Source: an uncultured Candidatus Saccharimonas sp.
Lineage (GTDB): Bacteria > Patescibacteriota > Saccharimonadia > Saccharimonadales > Saccharimonadaceae
DNA: 64,000 nucleotides
Reading direction: 5' to 3'
Assembly (NCBI GenBank): GCA_964511655.1
Contig: CAZEGB010000001.1
Location: 7,087-71,086, forward strand
Shown here one piece after another: positions 32,849 through 41,821 of this stretch; within the stretch, counting starts at the first letter, position 1, and every line of letters begins with the position of its first letter. The notes under the pieces were generated by a model that worked only from the letters and a program-made list of their open reading frames with translations, did not search any database and had not been told where the DNA came from. The translations under genes and the position numbers were made by a program.

Positions 32849-33877
32849 ATGGCTAAAAAAGACAATTTGCTTGAGAAAGCAAAGGAGCTAAAGTTAAAAG
32901 TAACCGCGAAAAATACAATCGCGGAAATCGAAGCTGTAATCGCCAGTGCGACCGCAGCATCCGCAGAACCTGTAGTCGTAGAGGCTACTCATGAAGAAAC
33001 TGCGACAGAAGAAACCGGCGAAGTAAAACTTGCCAAAGCTGGCAAACGCAGCGAAAAAGCCTTAAAAGAGGCTGAAGTCAAAGCTGAAAAAGAAGCTCGT
33101 AAAGCTGCTCACGACACCACGCCGCAGTCCGAAGAGGCAAAAGCTACCGGAACTAAAAAAGGTCCGAAACCAGTAACCCGACCAAAAATTGAGCGCCGCG
33201 GCAAAAATTACCGTAAGGTTGCTGAATTAATCGAAAAGGGCAAAATTTATTCGCTAACTGAAGCTATGGAATTGGCAACCAAAACTAACCCGTCGAAATT
33301 TGACGCCAGCGTAGAAATTCATGCCCGTTTAGGCGTCGACCCGCGCCAAGCCGATCAAAATATCCGCGCGACCGTATCGTTGCCAAACGGGACCGGTAAA
33401 ACCGTTCGCGTAGCCGTTTTCGCACCCGAGACAGAGTTTGCCGCTGCAAAATCCGCCGGTGCCGATATCGTCGGCGACGAAGATTTCCTAAGCCAACTGG
33501 ACAGGGAAGAGCTTAATTTCGATATTTTGATCGCAATCCCTCAATACATGCCTAAACTTGGCAAATACGCCCGCCTGTTAGGCCCACGCGGATTGATGCC
33601 AAATCCAAAAAGCGGTTCGGTAGCTAGCGACGTTGCAAAAGCCGTCTCTGAAGCTAAGACCGGAAAAGTCGAATATCGCGTCGATAAGCAAGCCATCGTT
33701 CACTTGGCAATCGGTAAGGTATCTTTTGGCGCCATTAAACTCGAAGAAAACGCCGTTGCATTCTTTGAAAGCCTTAAAAGCCAAAAACCGTCCAGCCTTA
33801 AAGGGTTATATGTAAAGTCTGTTTCTGTGAGTACTACCCAAGGCCCCGGCATCAAAATTGAAAACAATTTGAACTAA
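32849..33877 (+). CDS. rplA: 50S ribosomal protein L1 with a ~115-aa N-terminal extension
   Basis: From about residue 117 it is collinear with E. coli L1 (D.N.R..V.LP.GTGK.VRVAVF, LGPRGLMPNPK.G.V). Residues 1-115 are a Lys/Glu/Ala-rich extra region. Confidence 0.9.
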   Translation: MAKKDNLLEKAKELKLKVTAKNTIAEIEAVIASATAASAEPVVVEATHEETATEETGEVKLAKAGKRSEKALKEAEVKAEKEARKAAHDTTPQSEEAKATGTKKGPKPVTRPKIERRGKNYRKVAELIEKGKIYSLTEAMELATKTNPSKFDASVEIHARLGVDPRQADQNIRATVSLPNGTGKTVRVAVFAPETEFAAAKSAGADIVGDEDFLSQLDREELNFDILIAIPQYMPKLGKYARLLGPRGLMPNPKSGSVASDVAKAVSEAKTGKVEYRVDKQAIVHLAIGKVSFGAIKLEENAVAFFESLKSQKPSSLKGLYVKSVSVSTTQGPGIKIENNLN

Positions 33878-33906
33878 TTCAGCTGGTTGAATAATCACCG
33901 CGCAGT

Positions 33907-34404
33907 CTAGACCCGCTCATAAATTACGAAGTCATAGTCGTATAGATTAGCGTCGTCCTTAAGGTGCTTCTCACGAGCGACTTCACGCCATATATTTTTA
34001 TCGATTTTAGGAAAAAATACACTCGCATTATCAAACGAAGCGTCAATTTCGGTAGCATATATTCTATCTGCCAAATCGATTGCTAATGAATATACCATTC
34101 CTCCGCCAATTACGAATATCTCATCATCATCCGCTACCAATCGGTAAGCGGATGACAAGTCGCTAACGACTTCAAAACCATCTATCGGTTGGTTATTTTC
34201 GCTGATGACAATATTTCTGCGGCCCGGCAAAGGTCTGCCGATTGACTTATAGGTGTTATATCCCATGATGACCGCATGTCCGGAAGTAATATCCTTGAAA
34301 TGTTTCAAATCAGCCGGTAAATTTCGGCCCCACAACAAATCATTATCTGCGCCGATTCCAAAGTTTTTGTCATACGCTACGATCATTGACTTCATAAAGT
34401 CCAT
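33907..34404 (-). CDS. folA: dihydrofolate reductase (start ambiguous: ATG at 34404, 34395 or 34386)
   Basis: MIVAYDKNFGIGADNDLLW, IMGYNTYKSIGRPLPGRRNIV and FVIGGG are DHFR hallmarks. Confidence 0.88.
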   Translation of the reverse strand: MDFMKSMIVAYDKNFGIGADNDLLWGRNLPADLKHFKDITSGHAVIMGYNTYKSIGRPLPGRRNIVISENNQPIDGFEVVSDLSSAYRLVADDDEIFVIGGGMVYSLAIDLADRIYATEIDASFDNASVFFPKIDKNIWREVAREKHLKDDANLYDYDFVIYERV

Positions 34405-34479
34405 ATTAGCATACGGCGCATTGGTATTTACTTTTACGCAATGGTTATACATAATTGTTCAGGTAGTAGGAGATAAAAA

Positions 34480-34593
34480 ATGAAAAAAGACGACACGAAC
34501 ACGGACGGTTATTACGACGAAAACGTGAATGATTCAGGCGAAGATTTCGACCTCAGCTTCCTAGATGAAGAAGATGAGCCCAAAAAAGACTAG
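34480..34593 (+). CDS. possible 37-aa highly acidic micro-ORF (MKKDDTNTDGYYDENVNDSGEDFDLSFLDEEDEPKKD) overlapping the GT4 start
   Basis: Translated by hand. SD GGAG (within TAGGAGAT) lies 8 nt upstream of the ATG at 34480. Overlaps 34565-35746 by 29 nt. Confidence 0.3.
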   Translation: MKKDDTNTDGYYDENVNDSGEDFDLSFLDEEDEPKKD

Positions 34594-35746
34594 CCTAAAA
34601 GTAGCCTTAGTCGTACCGCATATTTTTCTACATAAGGACATATTGCCTCATGTAATTTTTTCACCTGGGGTATTAGCCATACAACTAGCAGAGGGTTTAT
34701 CTAAATACGGCGTCGACGTAACGCTTTTTTCGACAGGTCCGGTGAATGCTTTCGCCAAGAACATAAGTGCGGATATGAGTTACTTCGAAGCCGAACTGGC
34801 AGCGCGCGACGACACGTATTTAGATTTACTAAAAAAGCACCCCTTTGTTTTCGTGTCGCTGGCGCGTCAGGTTCAAGCCGAAATTATCGCTTTGTCATAC
34901 GAACTTGCCAATAAAGATGAATTTGACCTAGTGCATATCTATACTAACGAAGAAGACATCGCCTTACATTTTGCAAAGTTATGCAAAAAGCCGGTCGTGT
35001 TTTCGCACCACGACCCGTTCAATTTTATGATCAAATACAAAAGCGTGTTCCCGAAATACTCTCATCTAAACTGGCTGTCGCTGTCAATGGCCCAGCGAAA
35101 AACGATGCCTGCAGAAACGAATTGGGTAGGAAATGTCTACCACGGATTGAATCTTAGTGATTTCGAATTTATCGAGTCGAATGAAAGTGATTACGTTGCG
35201 TATATTGGCAGAATAATAGAGCCGAAAGGCGTTCATTTGGCAATCGAAGCAATCGAAAAGTATAATTCAACCGCAAAAAAACCGTTAAAACTTAAGATTG
35301 CCGGCAAACATTATGCCGATGCCGGAAAAGATTCGTATTGGAAAAATAAAATTCAACCAAAGTTAGGCGGCTATATCGAATACGTCGGTTTTATCAAAGA
35401 ATTACGTGCCAAAAACGAGTTTCTTGGTAACGCCAAAGCATTAATAATGCCGTCAACCTTCGAAGAACCATTCGGCATGGTAATGATCGAGTCATTGGCC
35501 AGCGGGACTCCCATTATCGGCTTATCAAGCGGAGCAATTCCCGAAGTAATTAATGACAAAAATGGGATTCTTGTTCAAAAAAACGGAACGGAAGAAAAAA
35601 ACATAGAAGCATTATCGCACGCATTGACTCGAATCGATTTTATCAGCCGACAAGCCTGCAGAAAAGATTTCGAAGAACGTTTTACGCTCGACAGAATGTG
35701 CCGTAACCACAAAGAAATATACGAAAAATTAATAAATAATAATTAG
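34565..35746 (+). CDS. GT-B fold glycosyltransferase, family 4-like
   Basis: LKVALVVPH N-terminus and C-terminal E-x7-E region PSTFEEPFGMVMIESLASGTPIIG. Confidence 0.75.
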   Translation: MKKMSPKKTSLKVALVVPHIFLHKDILPHVIFSPGVLAIQLAEGLSKYGVDVTLFSTGPVNAFAKNISADMSYFEAELAARDDTYLDLLKKHPFVFVSLARQVQAEIIALSYELANKDEFDLVHIYTNEEDIALHFAKLCKKPVVFSHHDPFNFMIKYKSVFPKYSHLNWLSLSMAQRKTMPAETNWVGNVYHGLNLSDFEFIESNESDYVAYIGRIIEPKGVHLAIEAIEKYNSTAKKPLKLKIAGKHYADAGKDSYWKNKIQPKLGGYIEYVGFIKELRAKNEFLGNAKALIMPSTFEEPFGMVMIESLASGTPIIGLSSGAIPEVINDKNGILVQKNGTEEKNIEALSHALTRIDFISRQACRKDFEERFTLDRMCRNHKEIYEKLINNN

Positions 35747-36567
35747 ACGATTACCATCGGAACTTTTATCGCCGGGTGAGATTCGTATCCGACTAGTTCA
35801 AAATCTTCGAATTTGAAGTCATCAATGGTTTTTTGGTCGCCATGAATTAACAGTTTCGGGAAACGCATCGGTTTTCTGACAACTTGTTCACGGGCGGCGT
35901 CAAGCTGATTGGCGTATAGGTGAGCGTCACCGATCGATACAACCAGCTCACGAGCCTCCAGACCGGTCAATTTAGCAATCATCATCAATAGCTCGGCATA
36001 TTGAGCAACGTTGAACGGCAGGCCTAAGAATACGTCACTAGACCTTTGATACAGCATCATGTATAGCTTTCCTTTGATTACATCCAACTGGAACAAGGTA
36101 TGGCAAGGCGGCAACCGCATTTCCGATAATTCGCCCGCGTTCCATCCCGAAACGATGATGGCTTTTGAATTCGGATGATTTTTGACCTCGTCGATAGCCC
36201 ATTTTAGCTGATCGAACTGTGTTCCGTCGGGCTTAAGCCAATGCCGCCATTGAACGCCGTAAATTCGTCCTAAAGTGCCTTCCTTGACCGAATTTGCGTC
36301 CTCGAATGCGTCCCAAATATGAACGTCGTTATCGTTCAGATATTTCGGAGTTTGACAATCTCCCGATATGAACCATAGCATTTCATGCGTCAATGACCTG
36401 AACCCTATCATTTTCTTTGTCGTCAACAGCGGGAAGCCGTAGCGCATATCAAAATGCAGTTGCGCACCGAACACTGATTTAATCGGCACGTTGCCTCGGC
36501 TTTGTTTGGTTTTGCCGTCCTTAATTATTCTGGCTAGCAATTTTAGGTATTGGTATTCCGGATGCAT
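35743..36567 (-). CDS. thyA: thymidylate synthase (ThyA type)
   Basis: YL.LL..I...G, RIYGVQWR, LPPCHTLFQ (catalytic Cys), YQRS.D.FLG.PFN.A.Y. Confidence 0.95.
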   Translation of the reverse strand: MHPEYQYLKLLARIIKDGKTKQSRGNVPIKSVFGAQLHFDMRYGFPLLTTKKMIGFRSLTHEMLWFISGDCQTPKYLNDNDVHIWDAFEDANSVKEGTLGRIYGVQWRHWLKPDGTQFDQLKWAIDEVKNHPNSKAIIVSGWNAGELSEMRLPPCHTLFQLDVIKGKLYMMLYQRSSDVFLGLPFNVAQYAELLMMIAKLTGLEARELVVSIGDAHLYANQLDAAREQVVRKPMRFPKLLIHGDQKTIDDFKFEDFELVGYESHPAIKVPMVIV

Positions 36568-36568
36568 T

Positions 36569-37555
36569 CTAGTCCTCCCTTTTCAAAATATCATTGTTTA
36601 CGATCAAACGACGAACCTTTTTACCGGCTTTTTCCAGCAATGAAACGGCATAACCTTCTGAATGATCGAGCGAATAAACGATTTCTGAAATATCAGTCTG
36701 ACATAGCATTCGAGCGCAAGCCGGACAGGGCAGAAGGTTAATGAATAGGGAAGTACTACTTAAATCGATTTTATTTTTCTGAGCTTGGATCACACCCAAA
36801 ACTTCGGCGTGAACGGTATCATAGTGTGTCAAATCGCCCATAGGCGACAAATGGCGTTCTCGTGAGGCACCGTTATGCCAAGCGAAAGTCTCATATGGTA
36901 CGACGACGTTATAAGTTCCGATGATCGGCTGATATTTGCCGTTATTATTTTTTGAAATAATCGCGCCGGTCTGATGTTCGTTGGCGAATGAGTTCTTTGC
37001 GATTTCGTTAGCAAGTTTCATCGATTCGATATCAGTCAAATACTTTTTGCTAAGTAAAACTTTGGACTGGTGATTCTCGGCATAGGTCTTGGCTTCGGTC
37101 TCATCAATAAAAGGAGATATAAGTTTGAAAATAATTCCGTTCGAAACCAGAGTATAATATTCCGGACGCATATGAAACGAGTGCAGCCAAGAGCCGTTAA
37201 CAAACAAAGCTAAACGTAATTTAATTTTATCCAGTATCGGCACAATGTCGGATTGATTGCAATGAAGAATTACGATTTTATGAGGGCTTTTCGATGCGTT
37301 GACTTTATCGATTAGCGGCCGAACATCATCTAGGTCCATGGTTTTGAATTGCGGTTGTCCTTCAAAACCTTTGATATACGGCTCGTTCGTTACGGCCACA
37401 ATAATGTTACCGGTCGGTAAGTACTGCTTGATTAATTGTGTGAACCTACCAACGGACATTTCGCGGGATATGGACAAGAACACGGCATCCAATTCTTTCA
37501 AAGGTTTTTTACTGCCAAAAACCAGATCCGACCAGTTGTATTCATTATTTTTCAT
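36569..37555 (-). CDS. dCMP/cytidine deaminase-domain protein with a ~200-aa N-terminal domain of unknown function
   Basis: The C-terminus has TVHAEVLGV and LPCPACARML (H-A-E / PCxxC zinc site). I cannot assign the N-terminal two-thirds. Confidence 0.7.
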   Translation of the reverse strand: MKNNEYNWSDLVFGSKKPLKELDAVFLSISREMSVGRFTQLIKQYLPTGNIIVAVTNEPYIKGFEGQPQFKTMDLDDVRPLIDKVNASKSPHKIVILHCNQSDIVPILDKIKLRLALFVNGSWLHSFHMRPEYYTLVSNGIIFKLISPFIDETEAKTYAENHQSKVLLSKKYLTDIESMKLANEIAKNSFANEHQTGAIISKNNNGKYQPIIGTYNVVVPYETFAWHNGASRERHLSPMGDLTHYDTVHAEVLGVIQAQKNKIDLSSTSLFINLLPCPACARMLCQTDISEIVYSLDHSEGYAVSLLEKAGKKVRRLIVNNDILKRED

Positions 37556-38072
37556 CTTGATATTTCTCTGAAAATCGCTTAGCTAATTTTTTGATATCAT
37601 CGATTTCATTTTTATATAAAGAAACGTTTTCGATAGGTGTGTTTTTTAATTGGCGGTAATTCCATACTGACAAATCGGGTGAATCAAACGGTATGCAATG
37701 AAAATGCAGATGGTCCGTAACCGTACTTTGCGCTACGCTTCCGTCCTTCATTACGACTTGCATGCCTTTAATGCCGTATACCTTGCGAATCATTTTTTTC
37801 GCGATGTAAATGAATTTACGAATCGTTTCCCACTCGTCGCTCGTAAGCTCCTTGACGGATTTGACGTGACGGCGGGGTATAATCATACAATGACCGTCAA
37901 TGTAAGCAAACAACACAATCGTCATAACAACATCGTTTTCTTCAAAAATAATATACTTATCTTTTAAATCACAAAATACGCATTTGCCGGTTGATTGCCA
38001 AATACCATCATACTTGCCAGTAATCCTGGCGTCTCGATATAGCTCCTGTTTTTCTCGGGCCTTATCGTCCAT
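37545..38072 (-). CDS. HIT-family nucleotide hydrolase/transferase
   Basis: CVFC near the N-terminus and the histidine triad HLHFHCIP. Confidence 0.8.
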   Translation of the reverse strand: MDDKAREKQELYRDARITGKYDGIWQSTGKCVFCDLKDKYIIFEENDVVMTIVLFAYIDGHCMIIPRRHVKSVKELTSDEWETIRKFIYIAKKMIRKVYGIKGMQVVMKDGSVAQSTVTDHLHFHCIPFDSPDLSVWNYRQLKNTPIENVSLYKNEIDDIKKLAKRFSEKYQDEK

Positions 38073-38625
38073 TACTTTCTTTTATCGGATCCTTGCGGTA
38101 TTGCATGAAGTCTTTCAGCACATCGTTCAGGTGGCCACCGATGGCGCGCTGCAGAATTTGAGTCGTAGACACTGCTGTCGATTGGCGATCAACCATGATA
38201 ACTTCGCCGCCATAACCTATAACCGTTTTGTATTCTTTTGATTTTTTATAATCATCAGTCCAATCTTCTCTGACGGTAATGAATACGTCCGGCTTTAATA
38301 ACCCGAGCGAAGGCTGGCAGCTTGGTTCAGGCAACACGGTAACGAAATCTACCGATTTCAGGTAGGTTAACATTTCGGCGCGGATTTTCTCATCCAGAAT
38401 GGGTTTGTTGGGGCCTTTGACCTGTCGAATGGCGTTATTGCTACTAACCCCGACGACAAGAATATCACCGTATTCTTTGGCTTTTTCTAGATATCTGCAT
38501 TGACCGGCGTGAATCAAATCCCATGACCCGGCAGTGAACACTATCTTTTTCTGTTTTTCCCTAAGTTTCTCGCCTAAATCCAATAAGTCACTTTGCGAGA
38601 TAAGCCGTTTTTTCCAACTAGACAT
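38062..38625 (-). CDS. cytidylyltransferase-like nucleotidyltransferase (TagD/RfaE-domain-II-like)
   Basis: FTAGSWDLIHAGQCRYLEKAKEYGDILVVGVSSN (HxGH-type motif) and C-terminal STTQIL. Confidence 0.75.
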   Translation of the reverse strand: MSSWKKRLISQSDLLDLGEKLREKQKKIVFTAGSWDLIHAGQCRYLEKAKEYGDILVVGVSSNNAIRQVKGPNKPILDEKIRAEMLTYLKSVDFVTVLPEPSCQPSLGLLKPDVFITVREDWTDDYKKSKEYKTVIGYGGEVIMVDRQSTAVSTTQILQRAIGGHLNDVLKDFMQYRKDPIKESNGR

Positions 38626-38646
38626 ACAACATCTCCGTATTAATCA

Positions 38647-39624
38647 TTAATAGGATATCACACCGCGTTCAATCAGTATATCCCTGGTCCTTAGGTAGTG
38701 TTCGTTTTGTTGAAGTGACTCATAGGGATTATGTCGTAAAAATTTATAAAAATCATACAACAAGAACATTTCTATCAAAGTGTTTCTTTCGCTATTATTG
38801 CCAATGTCATTACACAGCCCTCTTTTTTTGTATCCAGAATACAAGAAGTATTTAACTACTTTAGAATTTTCTTTATACTTGCAATCAACTAATAGAAACG
38901 CGAGCGTTCGGGCAATATCCATGACGGGATGCCCATATGCCGTTTTCTCGAAGTCAAGGATACCGGAAATCGATAATGGCGATTTGTATGAATTCGAATC
39001 ATTAAACAAGACGTTCCCCCTGACGAAATCCATGTGTAACACCTGCTGATTCTCTCCTTGCTTCAATTTATGCAGCAAGCGTAAATTGGTGTCGATTTTC
39101 GATATGTCGATACCGATTTTTAGTTTGGTTCGGATTGCATGATAAATATTTTTATCCGAAAAATATGACATCATCCGCAGGTTGGTCCCTGCATATTCGT
39201 CATAAACGGAATCATAGTCCTCATAGTTCAAGTCCGCCAGGTTCGAATGCATGTCGCTCATTACTTTGCCAAGAATTTTGATATGTTTCATCGTGTACGC
39301 TTCCCAAGGAATGGTACGACCGGGCAGATAGTTATACACGCAAACGTACACGGATTTATCGCCAAACGTAATTTTTAAAATTCTATCGTCCAGCCGTACT
39401 CTTGTTGGCATTCCCTTGGTTGCAAGATGCTCGGATGATCTATTAGTTCTTTCGATGCGTTTTAGAATACTATTTTCGCGCTTATAAAAAATCACGCTTA
39501 TTATCGTGTTGTCGGTTTTGATGACCGGCCAAATCTCATTACGATAACCCTTTTGGCAATCTAAGATATCGATATAGTCCATACCGAATTTATCTAATAC
39601 TTGGGGCAGCACCGTCTCATACAT
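38647..39624 (-). CDS. APH/choline-kinase-family small-molecule kinase
   Basis: Brenner-type motif VLHMDFVRGNVLF and ILDFEKTAYGHPVMDIA (DxD/E metal site). Confidence 0.7.
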   Translation of the reverse strand: MYETVLPQVLDKFGMDYIDILDCQKGYRNEIWPVIKTDNTIISVIFYKRENSILKRIERTNRSSEHLATKGMPTRVRLDDRILKITFGDKSVYVCVYNYLPGRTIPWEAYTMKHIKILGKVMSDMHSNLADLNYEDYDSVYDEYAGTNLRMMSYFSDKNIYHAIRTKLKIGIDISKIDTNLRLLHKLKQGENQQVLHMDFVRGNVLFNDSNSYKSPLSISGILDFEKTAYGHPVMDIARTLAFLLVDCKYKENSKVVKYFLYSGYKKRGLCNDIGNNSERNTLIEMFLLYDFYKFLRHNPYESLQQNEHYLRTRDILIERGVISY

Positions 39625-39725
39625 ATCTAACCTAGTTTAGATTGAGACTAATTATCAGTAAAGCTCTATTCCGTCACAAATATTGACAACAGATAAGTAA
39701 TCTAGTAGTATATTCAAAGACATTA

Positions 39726-39860
39726 CCAAAGACAGTAGCTGTCGCAAGACTTAATTCGTTCGCCGTACGGCGAACGAAGCTACCGAGGAAAAATCTTATA
39801 TTTTTCGATGTTAGTCTTTGGCAGTGCGATTTGCCGTACGGCGAACCAAAGGTTTTTTTA
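39726..39860 (+). promoter_or_regulatory. rplJ (L10) leader with alternative structures ending in an intrinsic terminator (attenuator)
   Basis: GTCTTTGG (39814-39821) can pair either with CCAAAGAC (39726-39733) or with CCAAAGG (39846-39852), which is followed by TTTTTTT. Two GC hairpins sit at 39757-39776 and 39831-39845. Confidence 0.6.
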
Positions 39861-39936
39861 TTAACCTGCGGGATAAATCGCTAGCTGTCGAACATTTACA
39901 ATTTGGTCGAAAATATCAATCAAAGAAAGGATTTTT

Positions 39937-40464
39937 ATGGCAATTTCACGCGATAAAAAGAACACTTTGGTTGCAGAATTAACCGAATTATTCGCTGACG
40001 CAAAATGCGCCGTTGGCGCCGTTTATACCGGCCTCAGCGTCGCTGATATGCAAGCTTTAAGGACCGCCGCCCGCGACAATAACGTCGTAATCAAAGTAGC
40101 GAAAAATCGACTTGTGCGCGTTGCTTTAGCAGAAAACGACAAGTTCAAAGCTGCCGACACCGGTTATTTGACCGGCCAGTTGGTTTACGCATTTTCTAAC
40201 GAAGATGAAGTCGCACCAGCTCAAGTCTTGGCTAAGTTTTCAAAAACCCATCCGGCATTAAAGCTGGTGGTTGGTTTTGATAATACTGGCGCAACGCTTG
40301 ATGCCGCGATGGTAACTGCGCTTGCCGAATTGCCGACCAAGGATCAACTCCGCGGTCAATTGGTCAGCGTCATCGCTGCACCGCTCAGCGGATTCCTCGA
40401 AGTCGCGAACGGCGCACAACGCGGATTCGCGCAAGTTTTGTCACAGCGAGCCGAAGCAATTTAA
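39937..40464 (+). CDS. rplJ: 50S ribosomal protein L10
   Basis: K...V.EL.E.F......V...Y.GL.V..M..LR...R...V..KV.KN.L pattern and position upstream of rplL. Confidence 0.92.
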   Translation: MAISRDKKNTLVAELTELFADAKCAVGAVYTGLSVADMQALRTAARDNNVVIKVAKNRLVRVALAENDKFKAADTGYLTGQLVYAFSNEDEVAPAQVLAKFSKTHPALKLVVGFDNTGATLDAAMVTALAELPTKDQLRGQLVSVIAAPLSGFLEVANGAQRGFAQVLSQRAEAI

Positions 40465-40535
40465 TTTTGCAATCATACTAACGTAATAATTACTAGCTGT
40501 TCGCCGTTTGGCGAAGGCAAAAAGGAGAAGACATC

Positions 40536-40940
40536 ATGGCTGATACAGAAATCAAGTTATCTGCTGCTCAAAGCAAAATCGTTGATGAACTCAACAAACT
40601 CTCAGCTCTCGAGCTGAGCCAAATCGTAAAACACCTCGAAAACGAGTGGGGCGTCAGCGCCGCCGCTCCAGCCGTAGCAGTCGCTGCTGCGCCAGCTGCC
40701 AGCGAAGCTGCACCTGCCGAGGAAGCAAAATCTGAATACACGATCAACCTTAAGGACGCCGGCGGACAAAAAGTCGCTGTTATTAAGGCCGTCAAAGAAA
40801 TCACCGGACTTGGTCTTGGTGAAGCTAAGGCAATCGTCGACGGCGTACCTTCGACCGTCAAAGAAAAAGTCAACCGCGAAGAAGCCGAAGCCGCCAAAAA
40901 ACTGCTTGAAGAAGCAGGCGCCTCGGTCGAACTGGTTTAA
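40536..40940 (+). CDS. rplL: 50S ribosomal protein L7/L12
   Basis: Ala-rich hinge and C-terminal domain [45 protein letters not shown]. Confidence 0.95.
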   Translation: MADTEIKLSAAQSKIVDELNKLSALELSQIVKHLENEWGVSAAAPAVAVAAAPAASEAAPAEEAKSEYTINLKDAGGQKVAVIKAVKEITGLGLGEAKAIVDGVPSTVKEKVNREEAEAAKKLLEEAGASVELV

Positions 40941-40978
40941 TTTAAAGTACATTCGACCAATTTGTATAAACATTAAAA

Positions 40979-41008
40979 TGCCGCTTCTTTTGAAGCGGTA
41001 TTTTATTG
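40979..41008 (+). terminator. rho-independent terminator after rplL
   Basis: GCCGCTTC-tttt-GAAGCGG followed by TATTTTATT. Confidence 0.75.
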
Positions 41009-41161
41009 CGTAATTTTGCGTAAATAAATTCTACAACGTTTTTCGGTCTATCTCATAAATTCATGTGGATAAAATGAATTGATATATTGACAAGAATAGT
41101 ATTCATTGGTATATGTAGGGTAATATCATTGCAAAAATAGACAAAGGAATTGCGAGTTACT

Positions 41162-41680
41162 ATGTCTGAATTACCAGAGAAACAAGTAAAGCGATTACAC
41201 GCCTTGATTCAAGAGGCAGAGACAAATATAGCCGCCGCCAAAGAGCTTCTTATTAGTATTATTGGCGATGACGGAACCGTAATTACGCCCAAGACCAGCA
41301 ACGCTGAAAATACTAAAGGCAAGATTATCGAAGGTGTTTTTGACGGCCAAAAGATGATTGGCCCTGACGGCAAAGAATATCCGGTGCCGACCAATTACGC
41401 CAGCAAATCCAAGTTAGTAGAAGGCGATATCTTGAAATTAACTGTCACCGAAGACGGCGGTTTTATCTATAAGCAAATCGGACCAATTGACCGAAAACAG
41501 ATTATCGGCACCCTAGTTCAACATGACGGGGCATACTATGTCGAGGCTAATGGCCGCGAATATCGCATCCTGCTAGCCAGCGTGACATATTTCCGAATTA
41601 ACGTCGGGGACCAGGTAACGATCATTATCCCTGCCGACAACCCGGACGCAACCTGGGCAGCCGTCGAAGCCTCACTATAA
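41162..41680 (+). CDS. hypothetical protein with two tandem beta-rich repeats
   Basis: Internal duplication (..GVFDGQKMIGPDGKEYPVP...GDILKLTV.. and ..LVQHDGAYYVEANGREYRIL...GDQVTIII..). The ATG at 41162 lies 12 nt after AAGGAA. Confidence 0.5.
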   Translation: MSELPEKQVKRLHALIQEAETNIAAAKELLISIIGDDGTVITPKTSNAENTKGKIIEGVFDGQKMIGPDGKEYPVPTNYASKSKLVEGDILKLTVTEDGGFIYKQIGPIDRKQIIGTLVQHDGAYYVEANGREYRILLASVTYFRINVGDQVTIIIPADNPDATWAAVEASL

Positions 41681-41821
41681 TTAGTCGCATCACTAATCAC
41701 ACATTGTATTAAAATTAGCCTTCATGCAATAATGCTTGCTTTGTGTTGTTGTTTGTGTTATAATAATTTTATTGATAGTTTTCAAGCTGTTTAAAAAATA
41801 TTTTTGAAAGGGTGATGATTT

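Noticed and set aside
40568-40973. Minus-strand ORFs of 109 and 123 aa overlapping rplL.
   Set aside because: These are artefacts of the Ala/Glu/Lys-rich codon periodicity of L7/L12. rplL on the plus strand is unambiguous.
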